DNA from: Minisyncoccota bacterium | Lineage (GTDB): Bacteria; Patescibacteriota; Minisyncoccia; Phycocordibacterales; CALRHW01 | Reading direction: 5' to 3' | Assembly (NCBI GenBank): GCA_046350795.1 | Contig: JAXLZT010000002.1 | Location: 24,293-88,292, forward strand | DNA: 64,000 bases | Shown: piece after piece, positions 1 to 10,014 of the stretch | Layout: every line of letters starts with the position of its first letter | Numbering within the stretch: the stretch's first letter is position 1 | The notes under the pieces: generated by a model | Database searches by the model: none | Told to the model about the DNA's origin: nothing | What the model saw: the letters and a program-made list of their open reading frames with translations, nothing else | Translations under genes and position numbers: made by a program

Positions 1-1405
1 TGTTGCTTATATACGTCTGCCAAAGAAGCTGCACGACGGACCACTTCATCTGCCAGGCGGTTTTTTCGACTGGATCGGCATAATCGATTGATGAGTAGAT
101 TTTTTCAACATGCTCCTTTCGTATCCTGTTTCTTTCCTCGCTTTGCTTTCGATATTTTTCTGGATTTTTCTTCATGTCCTCCATTTGCTCTTGCAGATCA
201 ACGAAGCGGGCATACTCGTTTGGATCGGCAATAGAAACTAAGAAAAGGTTGGCACGGTCCATATAATCATCTGGCAGCCAGAGGCGATACACATCGTACT
301 CATATTCCTCCTCGTATTTGGCTTCCGAGCCGTCGATAAAAATAAACGACTTTATTAAACCTTCTTTTTGAAACTTTCCGATCATGCGGTAAAGCTGGCT
401 TCGATCAACACCGCAATCGTCAAAATCAGAAGCCGCAATATCAACCATGCCATCGGAATACACACCGAGCTTGAACTCGGCGCTGATCTTTTCGAGAACG
501 CATAACTGTTTTTGTTCGGGAGTTTTGGCAGAAGAATTGCTAGACGTAATCGGCTTTCTTGTTTTTCCATCAATGTAATCCTTTAGATTTTTGAGAACGG
601 TAGGAGTGTCGAGGGTAGGTATTCTGACAATAAGCTGGCTGTCCAAATCATGCTCGGTGAGGGAGAGGGTTTCAAGATAATCCTTTTTCGTAGGTATATT
701 ATCCGCACGGACCGAGAACTCTTTACCACCGATTTTCTTTTTCAGCTCGTCGTTTGAAACAGTGATTATCCCGTTTTCTTCCACTCCGATTTTTCCGAGG
801 ATCTTTTTTACTTCATCGAGACTGAAACCTGCACGCTCGTATGCTCCAAACCCGATTTTATTATAGGTAAGACGGTTGATGCCGGTAATCTCTAATTCTT
901 CGAGTGTGATGGTGATTACCTTTTTGAAGCGTTCAAGGTTGCTATCTGACAGTGTGTCGAGCCAGATAAGTTTCGGTGTAATTTTTTGAGTATCAGCAGG
1001 CGCAGATTTTTCTTCAGTCTCAGTGGATACTCCTGCGCTCATAAACTCTGCCAACCCGAGAGTTGTTTTATCGTCTACTTTTCCTTGAGCGGACCACTCA
1101 AAAACTTCATATACTCTGTCGAAGGTTGGTTTTCGTAGTTCAAGCAAATGGCCCGATGGTTTTACCCCAGATACTCGGGCAGTCAGCGTGTCAAACGGAA
1201 AAGGATAGACGTCTTTAGCGACGTCTATTGATCTAGTTACGGTCAGCAATCGTATTGCACGGCGCTGGTCATCAACTGTGGGTTTATTTTCTCCGGTAGT
1301 GTACTCAAAATGGATATGCTCGCTTCGAGCGGTAGACATCTCATCTTTTTTCAGTTCTTGCAGTAGCCACCAGACGTCCTTTTTGAAACGCTCCTCTGTG
1401 TTCAT
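1..1405 (-). CDS. Hypothetical protein, >468 aa, runs off the left edge of the window
   Basis: Manual translation from the ATG at 1405 (MNTEERFKKDVWWLLQELKKDEM...) stays open to position 1. It is absent from the ORF track because its stop lies outside the window. No family recognised. Confidence 0.8.
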   Translation of the reverse strand, partial: MNTEERFKKDVWWLLQELKKDEMSTARSEHIHFEYTTGENKPTVDDQRRAIRLLTVTRSIDVAKDVYPFPFDTLTARVSGVKPSGHLLELRKPTFDRVYEVFEWSAQGKVDDKTTLGLAEFMSAGVSTETEEKSAPADTQKITPKLIWLDTLSDSNLERFKKVITITLEELEITGINRLTYNKIGFGAYERAGFSLDEVKKILGKIGVEENGIITVSNDELKKKIGGKEFSVRADNIPTKKDYLETLSLTEHDLDSQLIVRIPTLDTPTVLKNLKDYIDGKTRKPITSSNSSAKTPEQKQLCVLEKISAEFKLGVYSDGMVDIAASDFDDCGVDRSQLYRMIGKFQKEGLIKSFIFIDGSEAKYEEEYEYDVYRLWLPDDYMDRANLFLVSIADPNEYARFVDLQEQMEDMKKNPEKYRKQSEERNRIRKEHVEKIYSSIDYADPVEKTAWQMKWSVVQLLWQTYISN

Positions 1406-1492
1406 CGTAATTGTAATTTAGGCTCACAATCGCATCCTAGCATTTTTTGACTAATAAATTAAGTGTGTTCATTAGGATTTTCAAGCTAATTT

Positions 1493-1501
1493 TGCTACAC
1501 T
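1493..1501 (+). promoter_or_regulatory. Extended -10 promoter (TG-c-TACACT) for the mod-res operon
   Basis: tgctacact ends 7 nt before G1509, the first base of the structured leader. Confidence 0.55.
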
Positions 1502-1508
1502 TGATCTC

Positions 1509-1707
1509 GTACCCCATAGTGTTTCAATAATCGTGCTACAAGTCCCCGAAAGGACTGTTTCTTCTTACCTGTTATAGGCAAAGAGGGGCAGTCCGAGTTC
1601 CATAACAGGAACCTTTCGGGGTAGCACCATTATGGGGTACAAGCTCGGCTGTCCCTTTTTGCCGTTTCTATACAACTAGGCGACCGAGAACATAGCTGTA
1701 CCCTATG
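1509..1707 (+). ncRNA. Structured 5' leader RNA with nested helices and a long pseudoknot
   Basis: Pairings 1509-1521/1628-1640, 1533-1539/1621-1627, 1544-1553/1612-1621 and 1568-1575/1602-1609. Loop 1577-1599 pairs with 1642-1663. Mismatches are G-U compatible on the + strand. Confidence 0.7.
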
Positions 1708-3441
1708 TCTCAAACAGAAAAAGAGCTACACGCTCAAATCGCGGATTTACAATCCGAGATCAAAAAATTAAAGAACCGCAAAAAATACGGACTCGTTTGG
1801 GAAGACAAACCCGAGGATGTCGTTTTGCAGTGCCAAGAGAACATTCCAATTCTCAAAGAAGTTAAAACCAGAAAATTAGTTTCTGATAATTCGCTCCCGA
1901 CCAACATCTTGATCGAAGGAGACAATTACCACTCTCTTTCTGTTTTGAACTATACCCATCGCGGCGCAGTCGATGTTATTTACGCTGATCCGCCATACAA
2001 TACTGGATCGACTGACTGGCGATACAACAACGATTACGTCGATAAGACCGATAGCTTTCGGCACAGCAAGTGGATCTCTTTTATGGAAAAGAGATTGCGC
2101 CTTGCAAAAAATCTCCTGAAAGAAGACGGGATTATTTGCGTTACGATTGACGATTACGAAGTCTCAAGACTTATTCTTTTGATGGAAGAGATTTTCGGTG
2201 AGTTTAACCACCTTGGAACTGTACCAATCAGAAACAATCCAGCTGGACGTTCAACGACGAAAGGAATATCGATTACTCACGAATATGCAGTCTTTTTTGG
2301 AAAAACAGATAAGGCATTTGTATCACGTTTGGACCGTAATCAGTCGCAGCGAGATCGATATGATGAAGCCGACGACAAAGGCACTTTTGAGTGGGTCAAT
2401 TTTCGCAAGCCAGGCAGTATGCGAGAAGAGTCACCTAAAATGTATTACCCGATTTTTGTAACTTCTCATTCTATCCGGCTTCCAAAATTAGTTTGGAATG
2501 AGGATGAGAGCGATTACAAATTATTAGAAAAGCCCAAAAAAGGAGAGGAAATAATTTACCCGATTGATGAGGATGGAAAACAAAGACGATGGCGCTGGGG
2601 TATTGAAAGGTTTGTAAAAGAGCAAGAGGATTTAATGCCTCGAATATCTAAGGGTAAACTCCACGTCTATGTAAAAGGCCGAATGAATGACGAAGGAGTG
2701 CTCCCAATGACATGGTGGGATAAAAAAGAGTATTCATCTACCGCGTACGGAACGAACTTACTCAAAGACATTTTTGCCGAACTTCAAGTATTTTCTTATC
2801 CAAAATCTCTATATGCCGTGATGGATAGCATCCGAGTTATGAGTGATAAGCGAGACGCTGTTATTCTTGATTTTTTTGCTGGATCTGGAACAACCGGTCA
2901 TGCAGCTTTGGAATTGAACAAACTAGATGGGGGTAAAAGAAAGTTCATACTTTGTACCAATAATGAAAACAAGATTTGTGAAGAAGTAACTTACGAAAGA
3001 ATTAAACGAGTCGCCAAGGGATATAAAAACAGAAAGGGAGAAAAAGTCGAAGGACTCGGCGGTAATTTATCTTATTTCAAAACTGACCTCGTCAGTGTTG
3101 ATAGACTGCGCCGTATTTCAGATGAGTCCAAAATCAAAGTTACGTACCAAGCTGGTGAGATGATTGCTCTGCGCGAGGATACTCTAAGCGAAATTGAGAG
3201 GAATGAGTGGTGGCAGATTTTTGAGGGCAATGGAAAACTGACGGCCATTTACTTCACAGAAAATAAAACAAAACTTAAAGAACTTCTAAAATTATTAGAG
3301 AAGAAAGATAAACCAGCGACGCTCTACATATTCGGCTGGGGTAAAAACGAATACAAGAACGATTATTCGACTCACAAGATCCGTGTCGAGGATATTCCTG
3401 AGCCAATTCTTGAAGTTTATAAAGAAATTAACCGCATATAA
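1705..3441 (+). CDS. mod: Type III restriction-modification Mod subunit (N6-adenine DNA methyltransferase)
   Basis: DPPYNTG catalytic motif precedes DFFAGSGTTGHA (beta-class order); N-terminal KYGLVWE and NILIEGDNY; adjacent to res. Confidence 0.92.
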   Translation: MSQTEKELHAQIADLQSEIKKLKNRKKYGLVWEDKPEDVVLQCQENIPILKEVKTRKLVSDNSLPTNILIEGDNYHSLSVLNYTHRGAVDVIYADPPYNTGSTDWRYNNDYVDKTDSFRHSKWISFMEKRLRLAKNLLKEDGIICVTIDDYEVSRLILLMEEIFGEFNHLGTVPIRNNPAGRSTTKGISITHEYAVFFGKTDKAFVSRLDRNQSQRDRYDEADDKGTFEWVNFRKPGSMREESPKMYYPIFVTSHSIRLPKLVWNEDESDYKLLEKPKKGEEIIYPIDEDGKQRRWRWGIERFVKEQEDLMPRISKGKLHVYVKGRMNDEGVLPMTWWDKKEYSSTAYGTNLLKDIFAELQVFSYPKSLYAVMDSIRVMSDKRDAVILDFFAGSGTTGHAALELNKLDGGKRKFILCTNNENKICEEVTYERIKRVAKGYKNRKGEKVEGLGGNLSYFKTDLVSVDRLRRISDESKIKVTYQAGEMIALREDTLSEIERNEWWQIFEGNGKLTAIYFTENKTKLKELLKLLEKKDKPATLYIFGWGKNEYKNDYSTHKIRVEDIPEPILEVYKEINRI

Positions 3442-3443
3442 TT

Positions 3444-5747
3444 ATGTTCGCGCTCAAACCATTTCAAGAAAATGCCATCTCTCAGCTCAAGGAAAAGTTC
3501 CTAACGCTTTGGAAACTTGGCGATCACAATCTCAACCTGACATTCAAATCACCTACTGGTTCCGGTAAGACCATTATGATGGCGCAGTTCCTTCGAGACA
3601 TCGTATCGGACCCGCGATTTCAAAATGCGGATGTTGGATTTCTTTGGATTACAAACTCCGACTCGCTTGCCATGCAGTCAAAGGATAAACTTTTTTCATA
3701 CTATGGCGGCGCTAGTGAAAACCCTCTGCTCGATCTTAACGATTTGAGCGATGGCTGTATTCCAAAGAGCGGGGTATTTTTTATAAACTGGCAGAAGCTC
3801 GTATCTCGTGCTCAGACGAACCGTAAACTTCGTACCGAGGGAGAACTAAATGTAACATTCGATCAATACCTAAACGCAACTCACGAAAAAGGCCGCGAAG
3901 TTATTTTGATTATCGACGAGGAGCATATTGCTTCATCGACCGTGCTGGCGAGCGATCTGATACAAAATGTCATCAAGCCGCGAATAATTATTGGTGTTTC
4001 CGCTACGCCTCAAACGAAAGGAGTAACCGTGGAAGTAGCGCGTACAGATGTGGTTCGGGAGGGACTCATCAAAGAGAAAACTGTTTTTCAAACCGAGGAA
4101 GATCTGCAAAGAAAAGAGTTCGCGGGAATGGACCAAGACGACATCCTATTGACCCTGGCCTTCGATAAACGCACGGAGCTTGCAGGATACTATAAAGCTC
4201 TCGGTATCGACATCAATCCGCTTATCCTCATTCAGCTCCCAAATGACGATAAGGCAACGAAAGGATCGACTGGTACGACTAAACAAGAGTTGATTATATC
4301 CTTCTTGAAATCAAAAGGTGTATTTGAGCACGAAATTGCCGTATGGCTCTCAGAAGACAAGATCAACCTGGACGATGTCGAGAAGAACAATTCGCCGATC
4401 TCTTTTTTGCTTTTCAAACAAGCGGCTGCGACCGGATGGGACTGCCCGCGTGCGAGCGTTCTGGTTATGTTTCGTGAGATCAAAAATCCAACATTTGCTA
4501 TTCAAACCGTGGGACGTATTCTCCGTATGCCGCTCGGTACACACTTTCCAAGACCAGAACTAAACCTTGGCTACCTATATACCAATTACAAGCGAAATGA
4601 AGTTATTACTGGTTATGCTCGATCTGCGGAAAATCGTCCTGCTATCTACGGAAGCTACCGAAAACAATCCGTTGAACCAATTATGATCGACTCTGTGTTT
4701 ATGAGCCGTACTGACTACAACGATCTTGGCGACAGTTTTCAAGATGTTTTCAAAAAGGTTGCTGATAAGTATTTTTCTATCACAGAAAAAGACAGTGAAA
4801 AGGCAATCCAGAAAAGTTTTGTAACAACCGGTTTCGACACTGAGTCTTCAGTCACAAATGGTCTTATTACAGGAGTAGAAATTGATGACTACGATAATTT
4901 CAAGCAGGAGCTTTTGTCGGAAGGAGGAAGCCACGAGCAAGAAATATCCCAGTATGATCTTGAGCGGCTCTATAACTTGCTTTGTTTCAACATTGTCGCA
5001 AAGCAGACTGACGAGAATAAAAAGTTTGCCCCTGAGCGTTCATGGGGAAAGCTGAAAACGGCGCTCAATGTATGGCTCCTCGGTCATTTGAACGCGTCGC
5101 GCTCCAAGGTCTACTCTATGATCGTGGGTGATCTTATAAAGTCCACAAGCGTACTCGCGCCTCTTATTGGTAAGGCGCTGGAAGCGTATCGTCCAATCCG
5201 CGAGCAGGAAGTAAACCGCAAGTCTGAACGCGCCAAGCGTACTGAAAAAATTGAAATCCCTCGCCAGAGTATTTTTTATACCGATCAGTACGAAGAGATG
5301 GACGTTAAAAAGTCTGCAATGGCTCCATTCTATATTGAGAAGGACTACAAGGGAGAGGATAATGAAAAAGAGTTCATCAAGTTCATGGAGGAGAGCAAGA
5401 GTGTTATCTGGTGGTACAAGAACGGCGATGCTGGCAGCGAGTTTTTCTCCATCTCGTATTTCAATCCCGACGAGAACAAGGAAAAACTCTTTTATCCCGA
5501 TTGGATCGTAAAGACGAAGGATAAAACCTGGATCATTGATACCAAGAAAGGTGCAACCGCAGAACTCGCTGACACGGCCTATAAAGCCGAAGCGCTCCAA
5601 GAATGGCTCAAAGGAAAGAAGGGGCTGGCAGGTGGAATTGCAGTGCAGGACGGACCGAATGGATGGAAGACAAACTCAAATACCAAATACTCTTACTCGC
5701 CAACATTTAAGGGCTGGGTATCTCTCGCAGACGAGTTGAAAAGTTAG
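3444..5747 (+). CDS. res: Type III restriction enzyme Res subunit (SF2 helicase-like ATPase plus PD-(D/E)xK nuclease)
   Basis: SPTGSGKT, IIDEEH, SAT, GWDCPRA, QTVGRILR; C-terminal FYPDWIV...IIDTKK. Confidence 0.9.
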   Translation: MFALKPFQENAISQLKEKFLTLWKLGDHNLNLTFKSPTGSGKTIMMAQFLRDIVSDPRFQNADVGFLWITNSDSLAMQSKDKLFSYYGGASENPLLDLNDLSDGCIPKSGVFFINWQKLVSRAQTNRKLRTEGELNVTFDQYLNATHEKGREVILIIDEEHIASSTVLASDLIQNVIKPRIIIGVSATPQTKGVTVEVARTDVVREGLIKEKTVFQTEEDLQRKEFAGMDQDDILLTLAFDKRTELAGYYKALGIDINPLILIQLPNDDKATKGSTGTTKQELIISFLKSKGVFEHEIAVWLSEDKINLDDVEKNNSPISFLLFKQAAATGWDCPRASVLVMFREIKNPTFAIQTVGRILRMPLGTHFPRPELNLGYLYTNYKRNEVITGYARSAENRPAIYGSYRKQSVEPIMIDSVFMSRTDYNDLGDSFQDVFKKVADKYFSITEKDSEKAIQKSFVTTGFDTESSVTNGLITGVEIDDYDNFKQELLSEGGSHEQEISQYDLERLYNLLCFNIVAKQTDENKKFAPERSWGKLKTALNVWLLGHLNASRSKVYSMIVGDLIKSTSVLAPLIGKALEAYRPIREQEVNRKSERAKRTEKIEIPRQSIFYTDQYEEMDVKKSAMAPFYIEKDYKGEDNEKEFIKFMEESKSVIWWYKNGDAGSEFFSISYFNPDENKEKLFYPDWIVKTKDKTWIIDTKKGATAELADTAYKAEALQEWLKGKKGLAGGIAVQDGPNGWKTNSNTKYSYSPTFKGWVSLADELKS

Positions 5748-5802
5748 TTGCTATTAGTAGCTCGAAAGTAAACTAAAATCAAAGATAGTTTCTATCTGAT
5801 GT

Positions 5803-7038
5803 TTAGTGGTCGTGCATCGGTATTGTCTCATTGCCGACAGGAGAAAAGATGTCCGGATTTGGATCGCCGGTAACATCAAGCACAGCCCATGCGCCTTTGT
5901 TCATACGAGCAAGTGCGTGATCGACAAGAAGATACTTGCCTGGCACGTTGAGCGTAAACTCCACAATACTTGAACCGCCTGGAAGTACGGCCGTCGTCTG
6001 TACATTTTTTTCTATTGTTCCTCCGATGTTTCCTTCGGGATAGACGGTGTCAAAAACCTCGCCAATGACATGGAAGGAGGAAATGAGATTGACACCGCCG
6101 TTGCCAACATAGATGCGGATCTTATCGCCGACTTTGGCATGCATACGCGGAGCACTCTCAATCTTACCGTTGAACGTGACGTACGTCGGATTTCCGTCAA
6201 GCAACTTATCAGAGTCAAAAGCCACCAATCCTTTTTTGCCGAGCTGACCGACGGTGTAGAGTTCGCCTTGAACGATATAAAACTCTTTATCTACTTTTGG
6301 CAGTCCTCCTTTAGGCTCAACGAGAATGAGTCCATACTGGCCGTGCGAGTTGTGGGTTGATACATTCGGCATGGCGCAGTGATAGATATACAGGCCTGGG
6401 TTGAGCGCTTTCCATCGGAAAGTTTTTGTTTCGCCTGGCAGAACTTCAGTAAGCGATGCGCCGCCGCCTTGACCCGTTACTGCGTGGAGATCAATGTTGT
6501 GATGGTGGAGACTGGTCGGATCATTCGTGAGCGAAAGTTCTATCGTATCTCCCTCGCGTACGCGGAGCATCGGTCCTGGCGTCTGACCGTTATACGTCCA
6601 GTAGTTGTAGTAAATGCCAGGGGCGATTTGCGAGATTACTTCCTTCACATCGAGGTGTATTCGCACAATGCCGTCAGCATCTGGTTTCTGTGGTTCGGCT
6701 GGAACAGCATTCGGATCTGCGCCAATATCTGCTACGCGCTCAAACTTATTTTCATACAAAAAGAAATCGAGGATTTTATTGAAAGGAATTGATGCTGGTA
6801 CGCCGCCTGGCGCGTGTGAATGCATAAATGCAGGCATGGCAAATGTCGGGGGATAGGTGCGGTTAGCCAGGAGTCCAGAGAAAAATGCGATCACGAAAAG
6901 ACAGAGTGGGATAAGAACCGCTTTATGCTTAAAAAAACGCATGAAGTGCGTGCGTTTCTGGAGCTGATACAAAATAAAAATGACTGCGATTGCGCCGATC
7001 ACTGCTGATAGCAATTCGAGAAGCATGTATGTAAGCAT
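5803..7038 (-). CDS. nirK: Copper-containing nitrite reductase with N-terminal membrane segments
   Basis: HNIDLHAVTG, YHCAMPNVSTH, SSFHVIGE and LVDHAL motifs of AniA/NirK. Confidence 0.92.
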   Translation of the reverse strand: MLTYMLLELLSAVIGAIAVIFILYQLQKRTHFMRFFKHKAVLIPLCLFVIAFFSGLLANRTYPPTFAMPAFMHSHAPGGVPASIPFNKILDFFLYENKFERVADIGADPNAVPAEPQKPDADGIVRIHLDVKEVISQIAPGIYYNYWTYNGQTPGPMLRVREGDTIELSLTNDPTSLHHHNIDLHAVTGQGGGASLTEVLPGETKTFRWKALNPGLYIYHCAMPNVSTHNSHGQYGLILVEPKGGLPKVDKEFYIVQGELYTVGQLGKKGLVAFDSDKLLDGNPTYVTFNGKIESAPRMHAKVGDKIRIYVGNGGVNLISSFHVIGEVFDTVYPEGNIGGTIEKNVQTTAVLPGGSSIVEFTLNVPGKYLLVDHALARMNKGAWAVLDVTGDPNPDIFSPVGNETIPMHDH

Positions 7039-7073
7039 AATTTTATTTTATCACTAATAATTTTTTTCCACAC

Positions 7074-7103
7074 TTGCTCTCCGCATCGCCGCGGGAGTAT
7101 ACT
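7074..7103 (+). promoter_or_regulatory. Sigma70-like promoter TTGCTC-N18-TATACT for the S-component/nrdJ/btuR operon
   Basis: Hexamers lie directly upstream of the palindromic operator. Confidence 0.5.
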
Positions 7104-7114
7104 GATATTCCAAC

Positions 7115-7136
7115 TAGTTGCAAAGTTTCGCAACTA
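7115..7136 (+). promoter_or_regulatory. Palindromic operator TAGTTGCAAAGTTTCGCAACTA (candidate ArsR-family site)
   Basis: Inverted repeat TAGTTGC/GCAACTA; 17 of 22 positions match the site at 13145-13166 upstream of the ArsR gene. Confidence 0.65.
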
Positions 7137-7191
7137 TGAAATTAGTATACTCCAGGCGTTTGTCGGACGCAATAGGGGGAGGAAATGATTT

Positions 7192-7737
7192 ATGAATAAT
7201 TATGTAAAAAATTGGTTCAAGTTTGTGCTCGGGTTTATTGTGTGTTTGCTTATACGCCTCATTCAATTTCGTCCCCCGAATATCGAGCCGATTATGGCGA
7301 CTGCTCTGCCTTTCGGACGCGCCTACGGTAAAGGAGCGGGGTTTCTCTTTCCCTTTGCAAGCATGGTCCTCTTTGATCTTGTAGTCGGCAAAGTAGGCGT
7401 ATGGACCCTTATCACTGCGCTTGCCTACGGCTTTGTGGGGCTTGGCGCAGCCATCTATCTCCAGAGCAAGAAGAATACTGCCTGGAACTATGCAAAGTTT
7501 GCCATCATTTCGACGCTCTTTTTTGACGCCGTTACTGGCCTGACAGTCGGACCGCTATTCTTCGGCCAGTCACTTACTGCCGCTTTCTTCGGCCAGATCC
7601 CGTTTACCACTCTGCATCTCCTCGGCAACGTATCGTTTGCCCTCGTCCTTTCTCCTGCCCTTTATGCTTTTGTTATTGAAAATAAGCGCCTCGAATTGCC
7701 GAACCTTTTTATCAACCTTAATCCAAAACACGCATGA
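7192..7737 (+). CDS. ECF-type S-component-like membrane protein, probable cobalamin uptake
   Basis: 181 aa, about six hydrophobic helices, RPPNIEPI loop; overlaps the nrdJ start. Confidence 0.7.
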   Translation: MNNYVKNWFKFVLGFIVCLLIRLIQFRPPNIEPIMATALPFGRAYGKGAGFLFPFASMVLFDLVVGKVGVWTLITALAYGFVGLGAAIYLQSKKNTAWNYAKFAIISTLFFDAVTGLTVGPLFFGQSLTAAFFGQIPFTTLHLLGNVSFALVLSPALYAFVIENKRLELPNLFINLNPKHA

Positions 7738-10010
7738 AAAAATTACAAGAAGAAAAAATCGTCAGCATACAAAAGCGCGACGGCTCAATCGTTCCCTTTG
7801 ATGCTTCGCACATTACTCGCGCTATCTTCCGAGCGCTTTCGGCAACCGGCGAAGGCGGAGAACCGGAGGCCGAGCGCGTTACGGCCGCAGTAATGAAATC
7901 GCTTTTTGCGCTCAAGAAAGAACGCAAGGCTAAATACTCGGTCCCGCATGTGGAGACGATTCAGGATGTCGTCGAGAACGAACTCATTGCTGCGCGTTTC
8001 GGACAGACGGCAAAGGCATACATTCTTTACCGCAAAGAGCGTGAGCGTTCACGTAAAGAGCACGGGGCGGTTTCGGAGAAGGTAAAGAAGCTCGTCGCCG
8101 AGAGCAAGAAGTATTTTCGTAATCCGCTTGCCGAGTTCGTGTACTACCGCACGTATGCGAAATGGATCAGCGAGGAAGGTCGCCGCGAAACATGGATTGA
8201 AACGGTAGACCGTTACGTCAATTTTATGAAAGAAAATCTCGGCTCGGGCTTTACAGAAAAAGAATACGAAGAAGTGCGCGAGGCCATTCTCAAACAGGAA
8301 GCTATGCCGTCTATGCGCCTCCTTCAGTTCGCAGGCAAAGCAGCCCGCAAGCAGAACGTCTGCGCATATAACTGCTCCTTTATCGCTCCTCGCTCATTCC
8401 AGGATTTTGCCGAGATTATGTACATCTCCATGTGCGGTACGGGAGTCGGTTTTTCCGTTGAGAGCGAAAACGTCCAGGCATTGCCGCAGATCCAAAAGCA
8501 GACAGGCAAAAAGCTACCTACTCACATCATTGCTGACAGTCGTGAAGGATGGGCAGATGCGCTCGCGCTCGGCATGAAGACATGGTACGAAGGCAGTGAT
8601 ATTGATTTTGATTTTTCTCAAATACGTCCTGCCGGTTCGCGTCTCAAAACAATGGGTGGTAAGAGTTCTGGTCCCGACCCGCTTCGCTCTTTGCTTGGCT
8701 TTGCTCGAGAACGCATCCTGCGACGACAAGGTAGACGGCTCTCAAACATCGACGCGCACGACATTATCTGCAAGATCGGCGAGTGTGTAGTCGCTGGCGG
8801 AGTCCGCCGTTCAGCTATGATCTCGCTTTCCGATCTCGACGATGAAGCGCTCCGCGATGCCAAGAAAGGCCAATTTTATTTCACCGAAGGCCAGCGTATG
8901 CTTGCCAACAATTCTGCCGTCTATCTCGCAAAGCCGGATACCCAGACGTTCCTCGACGAGTGGACCGCGCTCGTAAAATCCGGTTCCGGCGAACGAGGCA
9001 TTTTCAACCGAGGCGGACTCGCGCAAACACTTCCGAAGCGCCGTCTCGATCAGTGGGAGGATGGGGCGTATCCCTCTTTCGGAACCAATCCGTGCGGCGA
9101 GATTATTCTTCAGTCAAAGCAATTCTGTAACCTTTCGGAAGTTGTTGTACGTGCAGACGACACAGAAGAAACGTTGCTCAAAAAAGTACGAGTGGCAGCA
9201 ATGCTTGGTACATACCAGTCCTCCCTTACATACTTCCCATACCTCTCCCGCGAGTGGAAGAAAAACTGCGAAGGTGAACGTCTACTCGGCGTTTCTATTA
9301 CCGGCCAGTGGGATTGCCCGCTCGTGCGTGATCCAGAGATGCTTGAAAAAATGAAAGCAGTGGCAATCGAGACGAACAAAAAGTTTGCCAAGCGCCTCTC
9401 TGTGAGCCAGTCTACCTGCATCACGTGCGTAAAACCTTCCGGCACTGTCTCCCAGACTGTGGACTGTGCTTCCGGCATGCATCCGCGCCATGCGCCGTAT
9501 TACATCCGCCGCATCCGCATTTCCGCCACTGATGCGCTTTTCAAAATGCTCAAAGATCAGGGAGTGCCGTACTTTCCCGAAGTCGGCCAGACTCTTGAAA
9601 ATGCCACTACATTCGTACTTGAGTTTCCGGTCAAAGCGCCGGACGGTGCGCTCTGCAAGGACGACGTTTCTGCACTTGGCCAGCTCGAACATTGGAAGAT
9701 CGTAAAGAAACACTACACCGAGCACAATCCGTCCGTTACGATTTCTGTCGGCGATGATGAATGGATCGCCGTTGCAAATTGGATCTATGAAAACTGGGAT
9801 CTTGTCGGCGGCCTCTCGTTCCTTCCTCGATCTAATCACGTCTATCAGCTTGCGCCGTACGAAACTATCAACAAGGAGCGCTACGAAGAACTCTTGAAGC
9901 ATGTTGAGAACCTCGATTTCTCGAAAATTGTTACGTACGAAACGGTCGATGAGACAGAAGTTAAAAACGAACTCGCATGTGTGGCAGGTGTGTGCGAGAT
10001 AGCACTTTAA
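7734..10010 (+). CDS. nrdJ: Class II adenosylcobalamin-dependent ribonucleotide reductase with N-terminal ATP cone
   Basis: IQKRDGSIVPFD ATP cone, AYNCSF, GGVRRSA, TNPCGEI, VKPSGTVSQ, C-terminal CVAGVC. Confidence 0.95.
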   Translation: MKKLQEEKIVSIQKRDGSIVPFDASHITRAIFRALSATGEGGEPEAERVTAAVMKSLFALKKERKAKYSVPHVETIQDVVENELIAARFGQTAKAYILYRKERERSRKEHGAVSEKVKKLVAESKKYFRNPLAEFVYYRTYAKWISEEGRRETWIETVDRYVNFMKENLGSGFTEKEYEEVREAILKQEAMPSMRLLQFAGKAARKQNVCAYNCSFIAPRSFQDFAEIMYISMCGTGVGFSVESENVQALPQIQKQTGKKLPTHIIADSREGWADALALGMKTWYEGSDIDFDFSQIRPAGSRLKTMGGKSSGPDPLRSLLGFARERILRRQGRRLSNIDAHDIICKIGECVVAGGVRRSAMISLSDLDDEALRDAKKGQFYFTEGQRMLANNSAVYLAKPDTQTFLDEWTALVKSGSGERGIFNRGGLAQTLPKRRLDQWEDGAYPSFGTNPCGEIILQSKQFCNLSEVVVRADDTEETLLKKVRVAAMLGTYQSSLTYFPYLSREWKKNCEGERLLGVSITGQWDCPLVRDPEMLEKMKAVAIETNKKFAKRLSVSQSTCITCVKPSGTVSQTVDCASGMHPRHAPYYIRRIRISATDALFKMLKDQGVPYFPEVGQTLENATTFVLEFPVKAPDGALCKDDVSALGQLEHWKIVKKHYTEHNPSVTISVGDDEWIAVANWIYENWDLVGGLSFLPRSNHVYQLAPYETINKERYEELLKHVENLDFSKIVTYETVDETEVKNELACVAGVCEIAL

Positions 10011-10014
10011 TCAT

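Noticed and set aside
1705-3441. Phase-variable mod (phasevarion)
   Set aside because: No simple-sequence repeat tract in the gene or its promoter.
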